Assembly (NCBI GenBank): GCA_000004985.1
Contig: GG738912.1
Source: Naegleria gruberi
Taxonomy: Eukaryota
Direction: 5' to 3' (one strand)
Length of the DNA stretch: 64,000 bases
The translations under genes were made by a program, and so were the position numbers. The notes under the pieces were generated by a model. It saw nothing but the letters and a program-made list of their open reading frames with translations, was not told where the DNA came from and made no database searches. Positions 22,001-35,500 of this stretch are shown in pieces (position 1 is the first letter of the stretch; each line of letters starts with the position of its first letter).

Positions 22001-25000
22001 ATGCCAACCTTGCCTTGTGGACAGGTTGGGAATAACAATCTCAACCTTCCAGTTTTAGATTCAGTATAGTAAATACCAAGATTTGAATACCAAACATTCA
22101 CTGGTTTGGATACATAATCACCGGAACCATCGAAACCATACAGAGGAGGACTAGTTGATGAGAATAAGGTAAATGTACCAGCATAGGTGGACAAGATATT
22201 GGAACTGACTTTTCTGATAGTTTGAGTTCCTTGATCAGCAATATAAATTTCATTTCTTGATTCATCGACTGAAACTCCGGTTGGATAGTAAAGTTTAGCT
22301 GTGCTACCATCAGCTTGTACGTTGGCTCCACATGAAGCACCAGTAGAACAATAACTTGTGGAACCAGCAACAATTGACATGGTTCCCGAGGAAAGCTTTC
22401 TAATCTTGTGATTCTATAAAGAAATGTTAATGAATAAATATTATTTGAATAACTTACTCCTGTATCGGCTACATAAATGGTATTACCATCTGAGCTCACA
22501 TATAAACCAGTTGGCTTTGACAATTTAGTCAAGAGAGGATTAGAATTATCACATGTTGCAGAGCCAGCAGTTGTACATTCAGTTCCTTCACCAATCACTG
22601 TAGTTAAAACATTATTATATATCATTCTAACTCTGTGATTCATTGTGTCGCAAAAGTAAATCTTGGCTCCAACAATGGCAATACTGGTTGGGAAATTAAG
22701 GGTTGCCGAGAGAGGAGCTCCATTATCACCACATGCAACACCAGAAGCTGGAGTACATGCTGTTGAAGTTCCTGCAACTGTGATTACCTTATTATTGGAA
22801 TCTATTTTTCTAATTCTGTGATATTCTGATTCAGAATAGTATATTTCACCTGTGGTTGATGATTTGGCGAGTCCAAAAGGAAATTGAATACCACTAATTT
22901 GATAAGTATCTTGAATTTTTAAGGAAGCTTGGTAGGCATAAGTGTTATCTGCGGTTTGACTTGAAGCAGTTGGTAATAAAAAGTTTCCTAAAATAGTATT
23001 GATTCTTCCTGTAGTAGCATCAAATTTAGCAATTCTGGCATAGTTCATGCTTGGTGTTGAGGCAAACAATTCACTATCGGCAGTACTTCCACCACTTGCA
23101 CCAATATAAATATCTCCATTAGAATCAATGAATAAACCAGCAGGTCTCATCAATTTAGTTCTCAAAGCAATTGTATTCTCTCCATTGTAAAATGAGTAGT
23201 CATTGTAATAGTGTCCAGAAGCTGAGGCTATATTTCCATTAGAATCGAGATATCTGATTGCAGAGAAAGTGAATCCACTGTAAGTACCTGAGTAGGAACT
23301 AGAGACAGCATCATCGAAATAGAGAGTTCCACTTGGTGAGAAGGAAATTCTCTTGGCAGATATCGGTGAGAGTGCACTTGACCATTCTCCCTTATTGGCA
23401 TAGGTAGCTCCATTACCAACCACTGTAGAAATGTAGCCAGTCGAAGAAACCTTTCTAACTCTTTCAGAATCACAGAAATAGAGCTCGTTTGTTGATGGAT
23501 GAATGTCCATATCATTCACTGTTAAAATTGTGGCACTTGTTGCAAGACCACCATCACCACATGGCTGTGTTGAGCAGGAAGTTCTCAATGTACCAACATA
23601 TTTGGTAATTGTGTTTCTATTGGCTGAAATCTTTCTAATATAATACAAACTAGGGTCAGCAACGAAGATTTCATTATTAGCATTGACAGCAACTACCTGA
23701 GGACCTCCAAAGGTTGCTGCCAATGGACTCCCTCCTTCACCACAGGTTCCACTATTACAACCAGTTGCCTGTATACCAGCAATGGTTGTAATAATTCCTG
23801 TTGCCTTACTGACCTGTCTAACAATACGATCTCCAAAAACAGCAATGATCAAATCATTATTAGGTGTGAGGGCTATACCTTTAGGTGTATTTAAGGAAGT
23901 TGCTGTGGCTGCAACGTTATTAGCATAGGAAGCACCACCTCCAGCATAGATGGACATGACACCTGTGGCATAATCAATCTTTTTGATATAATTGTCGTCC
24001 ACAAAGTAAATGTCATTGTTGGATTGATCAATGGCCATGTAAGTTTTTGATTTGTAAACTTGAGAATACTTGGCCAGATTACCAGCGCCAAAACCGACAA
24101 GAGCAGCGCTAGGATCAGAATAACCACCTGCTATTTTCTTTACAATAGTAGTATCTGGAGCAACTTGAAAGATTTCACTATCTGCCATGACGTACATGGT
24201 TCCATTCTTTGTAAAGGCAACTTTTGGATTGATTTTGAATTGAGTATTAATCATCTTATTGCCAAAACCATTAGAAGATTCATGAGTACCGGCTATACAT
24301 GTAACAACACCATCTTTTAACATTCTCAAACGATTACTCCTATGGAAATTAGAATAGAGAAATTATTAAGAAATAAAATAAGGAATAAAAAAACATACAT
24401 TTCAGTATAGTAAATAGTTGTACCATATGAAAAGACAGATTTGACTGCTTTTGCTTCATCGTTCGAAACATAAATCTTAATATTCGTTCCAATTTGGCCA
24501 TCGCCATTAGGTCCAATAGAAAAGTAATAAGCTGATGGCCAAACATTATTACCATTACCAATGACGGTTGAAATTATTCCAGTTACAAAGTCTACTTTTC
24601 TAATTCTATAAACTGTAGAATCTGAAAATATTAAATCTCCATTAGAAAGAACAGTCAAGCCCTGAGGATAACTGAGCAAGGCACTTAATGCGCTACCTCC
24701 ATCACCACATGCAGCCATTGGGGTAGTTGCGCATGAGCTAAGAGGTGTACCAGCGTAACGTTGAATCATGTTGGTTTGAGTATTCCACCTTCTAATCACA
24801 GAGTTGGTCTTGTCTGAAATGTAGACATACAGACCATCAGAAGAAACAGCAATACCACCTGGAGTTTGAAACCTAACTGAAGCATCTGAGATGAAACCTC
24901 CATCACCTTGATAACCTTGGTTGCTAGCATCACCATATTTTGCTATTAAAAGGCCAGTAGCTCTGTCAATCTTTCTAATCTGGTTGTTGGAGGATTTACC

Positions 25001-25675
25001 GTCTTCCATGATGAAAATGTGATTTGGTGAGACAGCAATAGTGTGAGGATTGGTGAGTGTTTGTGAATTTAACCCATTACCATAGAATAAGGTTATAATT
25101 CCACTCGTTTGGTTCACCTTCTTAATATTGGAATTGTAATAATCCAAAATATAAACTGAGCCATCAACTGGATCAACGGCACATGTATGTGGTCTTAAAC
25201 CAGCCTCAGTTGCCTTAATATTATTTCCACAAGGACCGTTTGAGGCAGATGAAGTACAAGATATTGATTGATAACCATTGCCCGCAAAGTGAGTGGCAAC
25301 ATTAGAGCCTGCCGAAATTTTGAAAACCTTATATTGTCCATCATCACAAATGAACAAATCACCAGTTTTAATGTCAGCACAGCCACCACCTCTCACATCC
25401 TTAAAGAATAAATTGGATGCATCAGAGTCTATTTCAGTTAAATGTCGATAGATGCCTGCCATGGTCCTAGAGCTTGTTGCTGCATGTACGGAATGATGAA
25501 TTATACTAATATGAAGAATGAATAATTGGAGAAGGACTAGGAGAAAGTATGTGAAATCCGAAATTCTCTTCTTCTTCTTCCCACTATTAGCAAGAGTTGT
25601 TAACCTAGCAGCATGCTGCTTTGAATATTGTACACTGATACCGAGAAGAGACATGTTATTGTTACTTTTTATCAC
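16082..25675 (-). CDS. Giant type-I receptor-like protein, paralog B (~3200 aa): signal peptide, NHL beta-propeller repeats, tenascin-type EGF array, N-glycan stalk, PKD/REJ-like module, GPS-like motif, TM, tail. Contains a 1-nt frame break near the 3' end
   Basis: Four track ORFs (24326-25675, 22098-24329, 16549-22380, 16082-16561) form one gene. Intron 24340-24398 (59 nt, GTATGT..ATAG) joins '...GTTIYYTE' to 'MSNRLRMLKDGVV...'. Intron 22414-22457 (44 nt, GTAAGT..TATAG) joins '...TIYVADTG' to 'NHKIRKLSSGTMSIVAG...', rebuilding a canonical NHL repeat (YVADTGNHRIRK). The N-terminus 'FTYFLLVLLQLFILHISII' is signal-like. The C-terminal part aligns with paralog A (TSLLML/TPLGFL..SYSCVDF/SYSCGDF, CKCSRFTNVF/CRCKRFTNVF). 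The frame shifts by +1 between ~16565 and 16590; the track's 'M' at 16561 is a TTG. Confidence 0.75.
19560..20590 (-). repeat. Low-complexity N/S/T-rich region encoding ~80 N-glycosylation sequons (stalk of paralog B)
   Basis: The translation is 'NESIQVDNSTTSNISLTDNTTISIDNSTFVDN...NSTVKTNTTSIPPN'. The region spawns long spurious antisense ORFs in the track (19568-19909, 19913-20371 and others). Confidence 0.8.
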
Positions 25676-26896
25676 TACTCTAAAATAACGATATTATGCT
25701 TCCTCACTTCTAAATCTCTCTCTTGTATTTTGAGTAACTGTAAATCGCTTTTTTCTTTGTCTGCTTGATAACACAATCATATATTAATATCATGGCTGTT
25801 TGTTGGCATTGAGAGGGACCAAAGTGGTTCATTAAGAAGAACCGCATCTTCCACAGTAGTATCGATCCTTAATTGTGCTTTTTGTGTACCTATTTGACTG
25901 GTGCAGGTGTGAAGGTTCATTAAAAATTACTGCAATCTTTTTGTGGAATGGTTTTGGACTTTTTGGAATCTTTCCCAGATGCTTTAAGATGAATGGCTCA
26001 CTTTGTACACTCTGAAAATGACCTATAATATCCTCTTTTGAACATGTTGAAAATTTCAATTGTTTCAAGGAGTAACTTGCAAGCAAATTTTAGCAAATTA
26101 GTGGTATGGAATCCTAGTCGGAATAGAGGGTCATATATAGACACAGTAATATTAATATTATCACTGTTATCGCTCACCTTAATCAATAGTTTCAACTTGA
26201 AAACATAGCAATGACCAAAGTCTGCCACGACGATCCGCAAATTTGTTGCTTCTAGTGATCCATACATTATTGTAAACAAAACTTCAAGTCAAAAGAATCA
26301 ACCTGTTAAAACAAGTGTCATTCACAATTGTTTAAATTGTTTGGAATGAACATGAAAGGAATAAAAACCAAATCGTTATCGAGTTTCTACTCTTCTGAAA
26401 GTTATGACAAAGCAATAGAAAGCAACTTGAAGACTAAACCGAATAAAAAACTATTATTCTAATCCATAAGACGTAGCACGTTACAATTCTATACAATGAA
26501 ACCTGCAGATGTTTTGACCAAATAATTACCAATTATTTTCCTATTATTATTATCGGATTCGGTATTTGTATTTTCATGAAGACATCAATAACAAGCATGT
26601 CTTTTTGCTAAAAACAGTTCCGTGATAGCTTTTGATGTCAATGTTTGTCGTTCCTTCCTTCCAACATCAAACTTTGAATTTCCTCATCAGCACATTTAAA
26701 TTCTTTTTAATTTTTTTCTAATTTTAATTTAAATTAAAAATGCACCAAAGCAACGACGATTGAAAAGAAATGATGGTTGTAGTTTGTTTGGGAACCGATT
26801 TTTGGATGATGGTTTTTGATGTAGTGTTCTTCTTGTATTCATCATTAACTCAAAATACTCATCTAAGAAGAACAAGAAAAAAGCAAAAAACATTAT

Positions 26897-29800
26897 ATGA
26901 TGTTGAATCCAGCAACATACAAACAATCATCTTCTTCAACTGTGGATGCTAATACAGCCTTTCCCTTGAGGGGAGGCACAACAACTTCATCTGATTTTTC
27001 TGATACTTCATCAACATTTAGGAGACCTTCTGCTGATGTTGCAGCCTTCAGCTTCAACACTTCGAATCCTGGAAGAAATGATGAAATTTCTGATTCTGTT
27101 CAAAGCTCCACTGAATCAATGACAGCAACATCCTCCTTCATCAATCACACAAAGGAAAATATACTTACCATGTTGGTTTCATTGCAAGAGAGGGCTCCTG
27201 TTACGGGTTGGAAAAACTACATTTTCTACTTGATGTTTTATATCTATGTCTTGTGGTGCCAACTGTTTGTGCCAACTGTAAGAAATTTCAACTGGGGAGA
27301 GGAAGGAAAATACGTATTCAAAGTAATTAATTTTCCAACAACTTTATTGTTTGATTTGGTTCCATATTTTGGAACTGTTGGAATTGCAGCTGTGTTCATG
27401 TTCATTGTTTTATTGACAGCTGTCTTGTTGTGTTCTGCCTACTACTTCACTATCAAGCCAAGCAAACATGCCAAATATGTCACAAATTCTTTGTGGTACT
27501 TGAGTTTTTGTGTCAAAATATTTGCATTGATTGGAACTCACTTACTGGCTGGCTTTTTTGATTGTAACCTTTCAAATCAAATTTCCATAACTGTTTCCTC
27601 CACTTCAGGCACAAGTACAAGTACGTTAATGTCCTCTCTCAACAGATTTTCCAATGTTGGTTGTATAGAATCGAATAATGATATCGTTATAGCATTTAGT
27701 TCCCTCACAATAATAGTACTCGTAATCATTTACCCTTTCGTTGAATATACAACTAGTAATTGCAATCCTCAAAGTAGACTTCCACTGACTTCAGAAAGCT
27801 CATTTTTGTGGAGTGTTTTGGGAGTTTGTAATATTATAGATCTTGTAATTTCTCAGTCAATTCCTATTCAATATTCATACATAGCTGCGAGTATTCATAT
27901 TGTCATTTCCATAGCTTGTTGTTTGGTGATTTTTAAATCCTTATCCTTCTTTACACATTATGAAAATGCCATCATACAGAGTATTTATGTGGGAAGAACT
28001 GCTGTGAGTATCGGTTCTCTAATTTCCTCATTGTCAAACAGTGGCAATAACTCAGAGTTAGGTGGAGGATTTGTAGGTCTTGCTATTGGTCTATTGATTA
28101 TTGGAGCTGTTATAGGATTCCTCATTCAATTCCTAATTCTCTTCTTTAGAATGAAACAAATCAAGAATTTCATAATACAAAATTCTCAAACAGAAAGCAA
28201 AACTCAAACAGATGAAGATAACCTCAAACAATTATATTCATGTATTGAAAGAATGTCCTCGGTACTCTATGCGGATTTGGAAGATTCTAAAAGATTGAAC
28301 TCTTTGAACATGTTTTTAAAGTTATCTCTCAAACAAGGTGATGCAAGAATATCATTCCACTTTGTAAAAGGACTAGCTCAAAGCAAAATGTTCAACAATC
28401 CAAAGGCTTTAATATACTCTGCTTTGTTGGTTCAACTTTATTGGTCTGAAGAACAGAGTGCCTCTACATTGGCAAATAGCTTTTTAAGAAAGGCCTTAAA
28501 AAATGATCCGTCCCCACTTGAAAGGTTAGTTATTCAAGAACGAATCAAAGAGGTTGAAACCATGTCCAACACAAAGAACAGCCTATTTGAAATAGCAGGC
28601 CAAATACAAAAATTAGAAAGATATCAAACTAGTATTCTTACTTTACATAAGGATTTGTGGAAAGAGTTAGCAAACGAACATCTCAACTATGATTCCATAC
28701 AAAAGATTAATAGAAATATATCCAGTTTGACTTCAGAATGTAAATCCACATTGAACAGTCTCTATTTTAACTATAAGAATAACAAGACAGTCATAAGAGT
28801 TTACGCTCACTTTATTGAAAACTTTGAGTTTAACAAACCTTTAGCAGATTCACTTTTTGCTGAAGCTAACTCTTTGGAGGAGGAGGAAATTAAAAGAAGG
28901 AGAAGACCATCTCAAAGCAAATCCACCAAAAAGAGTCTGTATGCAGCAAGTAACAGGGTTGTTCCAAATGACAAGTATGAGATTTCCAGTGCATTTCATG
29001 AGGAATCATCCAACTATGATGTTGTAGAAAATGCAAAGATAGAAGAGATGGATGATGCCTTTGATAATCCTCAAATCAAGAAGGAGACACTATTTTTGAA
29101 TGCCATTTCCATACCAAAATCAAATAGCTTAGTCAGGAGCTTGTCTACTATTTATTTTGTGTTTGTATTTGTGTGTATTGTTGCTTCTATTTCTCTTGGA
29201 GTTATCTATTCTTATAACGTAAAGTCAACTGTTCCATATGTTGAACAAGTTTGCTTTCCAGGAACTGTTCCATATGCTCTTATAAGAAGTATCAGAGCAT
29301 GCCAAAATTGGATGAATACATTTTATTTCCAAGAGGTTGAATGGCCTGTCTTGAACGAAGGCTATCCAACCATTACAAAAACTGTCTATATCAATGATCA
29401 CAAGAATAGAATGAACAATAGTATAATAGCTTTGAAGAAATTAATTGCCGTTGGTCAACTTGGAGTATTTACTGATTCTATTTATAATGATTATTCTTCT
29501 AGTGTTTATACTGTAAATTCTCCTACTGAAGATAGTACTACTCCAAAGTTATATACAGGTACTTATCAAACTAGAAATACATCTATTGTCGATATAACCA
29601 ATTCTCTGATAAAATATGCAGAACTTATGATGAACGACTATCCTCAGTCAACGTTGTTAAAGTTAGAAAACAAGTCACTGTCTTACAATGAAAGGCAATT
29701 ACTCCTCAACCAAACTTCACAAATGGAGTATTTCAATCCTCTAACAAACTTTAATTTTAATTATTTATGGGCTAACAAGGGTACGTTTACAACTGCCTAC

Positions 29801-32273
29801 GAAGCCTTTTGTACCAAATATTTGGATAGTAGTATTTCAATAATTAATGAAAGTGTACAACAGTTCATGATTTACACAGTCTCTATTTTAGGCATATTCA
29901 TGGCGGTGAGCTTTGTTTTCTTAACAATTTTATTGATAGAGCTAGCAAGTATGAAAAAGATCATCAAATTATTTGAGAGGAATATCAAAAAAGACATTGT
30001 TGGAAAGATTTTCCATACCATTTCAGCCAAAATTAAAAGCGAGACCGTGAGCAATTCCAACTCTCTTTCTATGGATAAAATCAAGCCAAACCTGGTCATA
30101 ATTATTAGTACTCTAATTGTACTATTAGCTGCATGTGGATGTATTGCTCTAATATTTTCAGAGACCTATCTTAACAGCCGAGATTCTGTAAACATCATGA
30201 CTCGAGTTCGCCTTTCTATCCAAACAGCTGTCAGTGTGGAGAGAGTAGCATTCTTTGCTCAGGAATATTATACTTACTTTGGTGCTGAACAATTCACTTC
30301 ACCAACAGCATCACTAAGGTATCTTATTAAAAGGCCTACAAGTTTTGGAGATATGAGATTGTGGCAAGTGAGAAGTAGATTTGATGCATTGGTTAGCAGA
30401 GTCAATGACGGTGTTGCAACTGCTTCAGATTACATGAGCAAACTAATCTATGGCTCTACTGATTTGAATCTTGAACCGATAATGGGTATATATCCAAGTG
30501 TCGATAAGATTATTTCCATTGGTACTGATAACTGTACTGAATACATGAAGCAAAACGGTATTGCATACACATATGCTAGTTTTAAATTGTATTGTCAAGG
30601 ATTGGAAACTGTTTTTTCAGATTTTGCTACAACTGCTCCACAGTTGGTAACTGATTCGAGGAGACATTATGCTATGCAGCAAACATCTGCAATGAATGGC
30701 ACACTCTTAGATCCTTTTGCCTTGGCCATGAGAACCAACAATTTACTACGTTTATCCCTTCCATTAATTACAAAGTACACAACTTTTATTAAGGAGTTTG
30801 TAAAAGCTTCATCCAGTCCAGTAGTTGTACTCACTATTTCTTCTGCTTGTTTGGGAATTTCAATAATATTAATTTGCTGGTTCATTTATGGGACTATGAT
30901 TTCCAACTTTTGGACTCATGTTCATTCTTTCAGACTCATGTTAAATTACGTACCAATCGATGTTCTAGATCATAATGAAAAGTTAAGGGCTTTTGCATTA
31001 TATAACAAAATGGATGGAAAGACTGAAACTAGAGCCAAGAGAAATACCAACTCGGAAGAGGATGAATATTACAATTTGAAGGTGGTTTTCAATTCTAGCG
31101 TTGAGGGAACCATGATTTGTTCGGAAAATGGAGAAATTGAACTTTTCAATTCTTCTGGTTTAAGAATGTTTGGAAGTAAGAGCATTGACATTCTAGGAAC
31201 TTCAATGTTTGACTTGTTTGATATTCCTTGTAGGGATGTTGCAAAAAGAACTGTTGCCCATTTAGTGAATCAATGTAAGGAGCAACGTTCTGATGAAGAG
31301 AACGCAAACGTAGAAATATTAGATATAGAATTTTTGAGAAAGAATCAAACCAAGTTTCCTGCCAAAGTTACCATCTATGCTGTTCAATTTGCTGGAAAGA
31401 CAACAAACATTCTCGTTACATTCAAAGATGTTACATCAGAGAAGAAATCAAACATGCTATTGTCTGATGAAAAGAAGAAGAGCGACAACTTGTTGAAGAA
31501 CATTTTACCAAATCAAGTTGCCAATCGTTTAAAGTCAGGCGAGACATTTATCGCTGAAAAGTTTGATGATATAACTTGTTTCTTTAGTGATATGTAAGTA
31601 TTCAAGTTGGCAATAATTATTTAATTACACTTGTAGGGTTGGATTTACAAGAATAAGTAGTAAGATGCAACCAACAGATCTTGTTAAAATGTTAAATAGT
31701 ATTGTGAATGGATTTGATGTATTGACAGAGAAGTATGAATTGGAAAAGATCAAAACTATTGGAGATGCTTACTTTCTAGTTGGTGGTCTTCACAATTCTC
31801 AATCTGATCATCCAGAACGTGTTTTAAAGTTTGCCATCGATGCATTTGGAGTCATTCATCAATATAACAAGAATAAGGTTGTGGAAACGGAAGATATCAA
31901 TATAAGAGTGGGTATTAATACTGGGGCTGTAGTTGCTGGTGTAATTGGCTCAAAGAAATTTGCCTACGACTTGTGGGGTGATGCAATCAATGTGGCATCA
32001 AGAATGGAATCTACTGGAGTACCCGGAACTATTCAAATATCACGATCAACCTATGAAAGAGTCTTTGATTTGGGTTATGAATTTGAGGAACGTGAAATTG
32101 AAGTTAAAGGAAAGGGGTCTGTAAAGACCTACTTGATGAAAAAGACGCATTTGCAAGAGCTCAACGTTTCACACCTTCTCACAACTCAACAATCTCTCAG
32201 AAATGTTGTCACCTCACAACAGAGCTTGTTTGGAATATCTGCTGCTTTGAGAAGAGATGATGATTTAAAGTAA
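26897..32273 (+). CDS. Receptor-type adenylate/guanylate cyclase (class III) with multi-TM N-terminal region and PAS domain; 2 exons
   Basis: Exon 1 is 26897-31593 and exon 2 is 31637-32273. The 43-nt intron (31594-31636, GTAAGT..TTGTAG) splits '...CFFSDM|VGFTRISS...', i.e. inside the conserved F(F/S)D(I/M)VGFT cyclase motif. The catalytic core 'IGDAYFLVGG...RVGINTGAVVAGVIGSKKFAYDLWGDAINVASRMESTG' is in exon 2. The PAS-like segment 'GTMICSENGEIELFNSSGLRMFGSKSIDILGTSMFDLF' lies upstream. Exon 1 has at least two blocks of TM helices. Confidence 0.85.
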
Positions 32274-32301
32274 CCTAAATACATTACAATAAATTTAACA
32301 A

Positions 32302-32327
32302 ATGATGAACAATTAATGTTAGGAACA
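32302..32327. repeat. 26-nt conserved motif, copy 2
   Basis: See copy 1. This copy lies 29 nt downstream of the cyclase stop codon. Confidence 0.6.
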
Positions 32328-32527
32328 AATTTATTGTGATATTATTAAAACCTACTGTTGAGGATGATTAGTGAAAATTTTGACTTTTCCAAGAATTAAA
32401 TTACTAAATATTGATTTCAGCAAATGGCTTTCACACTGCAAAACCATTCTGACCCACCAAAATGGGTAATTCGCAGAATTTTTTTGCGTAAATTAGTTTA
32501 ATTATTTTCTAATAGATTTTGATTTTA

Positions 32528-35500
32528 TTAAACAGTCGATTTCAATTCATAATTTTGCGGAGCAGCATGTTCTTTACCCTTCTTTCTTCTGAGGACACAG
32601 ACAATCAATCCAACAACAGCTACGATAATAAGAAGAACTGGAATAATTAACAAGATTAAGGCGATATAGTCCAAATTTGGAGTAGCTGGTGCAATTGGAG
32701 TTGGGTTTTGAGTAGTGGTACTTGTTTCTGGTTGAACATCAGGAGTAGTAGATGAAGATATTCCAATAACATAGGAACCAGTTGAGTTAATAGAAACTAC
32801 ATAAGAATCTGGGTTTGTACCAAGAATTGAGCAGGATGATGATTCGGTAATGGCTCCATTGACAACCATGTTACACTTTGGTTCTTGAAGAGCTCTGACA
32901 CTTGAATTTGACTTTTCAATGGTCAATTGAGCAATTGATTTGCTGTATTGAATCAAGACATTGCTGTTATCAGTACTTGAAACCACAAAGTCAAAGATCT
33001 TTGAAGTGGACTTGAATGTAGTATTGCTATTTTCATAAACCTTCATTGAGATTTTAACACTGTCCAAGGAAGAAACTTGTGGAATTTCACTAAAAACTGA
33101 TGAGAGATTGAATGAAGTGATACCATTTTCAGCAACGCTTTCGAATAAACCATTCAATGAAGCAATATTTACCAATCTTACATATGAAAGTGATTTAATA
33201 CCAGATCCTCTAACAGCAGGCATATCAGGAACAACATTCTTCAACTTGATATTCATCAAGTTATTCTTAACTTGGTCAATCTTGTTCAAATCTTCAATTG
33301 TAAAGCTAGAAGCCATTAAACTTCTCTTTCCTCCCAAGCTAGTACTGACATAGCTTTGAATGGTTGATGCAGAATCAGTGGATGATTTAATTTCTTCATC
33401 AGACAATGAAATTGAACTTGATGATGAAGCTCCATTTGTTGCAGATTGGAATTTTTCAATAATCATTCTAATAGTTTCATCTGGTAAGTTGTCAACACAG
33501 GAACTAATTGATGAAATGACTGACAAGGTTGAAGATGTTGAAGTAGAGGTTTGACTACTCAACTTTTCTTCAGTTGCCTTTTGTTCAAAGAATGAAAGAA
33601 CAATTTGCTTACCAACTTCAGCCAATAGTTTCTTTTGTTCTGGATCATCTGTTTTAACAGATTGAATAACACTCAAGGCAGAGGAAACTGAAGATGTTGT
33701 CATTGTTCCACTTGAAGAACTTGTTAAAGCTGTAATGGCAGTTGAGGCATCCTTTGGCATACTTACTGAAACAGTTGTGGTTGTTTCAGATGAAGCACCC
33801 TTAGAATCAAAGACAACAACCTTAATTTCCAACTCACCAGCAGGGAGTGAGGTACCAAATGATCTAGTTTCAGATTTTTCTTTCAATAGTCTCCAATTAG
33901 TGTCTGTACTTGTCTTGGAGTAGAATGCAAATGATAGTGGAAGTTGTGGATCAGACCAACCATTACCACATGAAATCTTAAATTCATCAGATAGGGCAAT
34001 ACCACTCTTTGGAGATACTTCAAGAGTACCCACAGTTGGAGGAGAGTTAACAGTGAATGACAATGAAGCTTCACCACTCTTTTGACCATCAACAACCTTA
34101 ATAGTTAGGGTATAGGAAGCACCTGGTGCCAATAATGATTTTGGAATGACAATGTATTGCTTTGAAATGTCAACTGAAGAATCAAAAGTAAAATCACTTG
34201 AAGACCAAGTAAATAATCTGGCACTCGTTAAAGTATCCAAAGAAGTTGTTTGTAAAATTAAATCACTTGATGGATCGACGGCAACAAGATCAGCATCTTT
34301 TGGAGCAGAAATTGAAACTCTCAAAACAGTTGACTTGGATTGATCAGAAACAGTTACCTTAACAGAAGCAGTTGATGTACGAGTTGACTTGGTATAAGTG
34401 GCAGTGAAAGAATAAACACCTGGGGTCATTGTCTTAACCAATTTGAGTGTTGATTGATCAATATTTTGTGCACCATCAACAAAACCTTCACAAGTTGAAG
34501 CAGTATCAATGTTTGAACATGAAATTGAGACTTCTCCACCAGCTTCAGTTGGATTACTTGGATCTTGTTTAGAAATTGTGAAACTAACTGGATCTTCAAA
34601 TGATTGAGTCATATCACGAATATTGAAAGCAACTTTCAATGGTAAAGCAGTTGCTGTAACCTTAAAAGTAACTGATGCTTCTGGTGAATTATCTTCCTTG
34701 GCAGTTAATTTAAAGACATATTCTCCTTCTTGAGTCAATTGAGTATATTCATTACTAAATACTAAAAGTTCATTCTTTTGTTTGAGAATTAAAGGACTTC
34801 CACTTTCCAATGAGTAGGTATAAACCAAGTTACCACTTCCCTTATAACATGATGGGAAAGTTACAATTGGTGAAATAATATATGGACTTCCAATAACCAT
34901 TGAACTTTCCAAACCATTCTTAATTGAAATAGTTGGAGGAGTAGCAGCAATAACACTAAATGTAACAGAGGCAACTGATTCCTTGAGAGAAAATGAACTC
35001 TTAACAGTCACTTGAACGACATAGGTTCCAACATCCAAATCAGATGCTGAAAATTTAACACCAGGAGTTGACAGTTTTGAAATGATTGAATCTAAAACTT
35101 CAGTACTTGAAGGAGCCAAAGTTGTTGTCCATGAATAAATCAAAGATCTACGATCCAAACTTGAAGAACCAGATGCATCCAAATAAATAGAACCACATGC
35201 CTTTGAAATAGTGGACTTGTCAGCAATCAAAACAGCAACTGGATCAACAGCCTTATAGCTCATTTGTGCTACAGTAACATAGGTGGTCAATTCACTATCA
35301 AAATATTTCTTGACATTCAAAGTTCCACCAATGGTAATTGATGAAGAGATACCCAAGGTAATAGTCAATAAACTCTTTTCACCATTCAATGAGCAAACAG
35401 GATTAGTTCCCAAAACTTGTGAATTTGTAATCAATGAAGAACAGTCAATTCTCTTTCTCAAACTACTCATAACAGTAGCAGTGATGGAATCACCATTTTC

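Noticed and set aside
25832-26279. Two overlapping minus-strand ORFs (84 and 93 aa) in the divergent promoter region between paralog B and the cyclase; the first ends '...DRYYCGRCGSS'
   Set aside because: A C-terminal CxxC pair loosely suggests a zinc-ribbon ribosomal or RNA-polymerase subunit, but no family alignment holds. Support is insufficient to call a gene.
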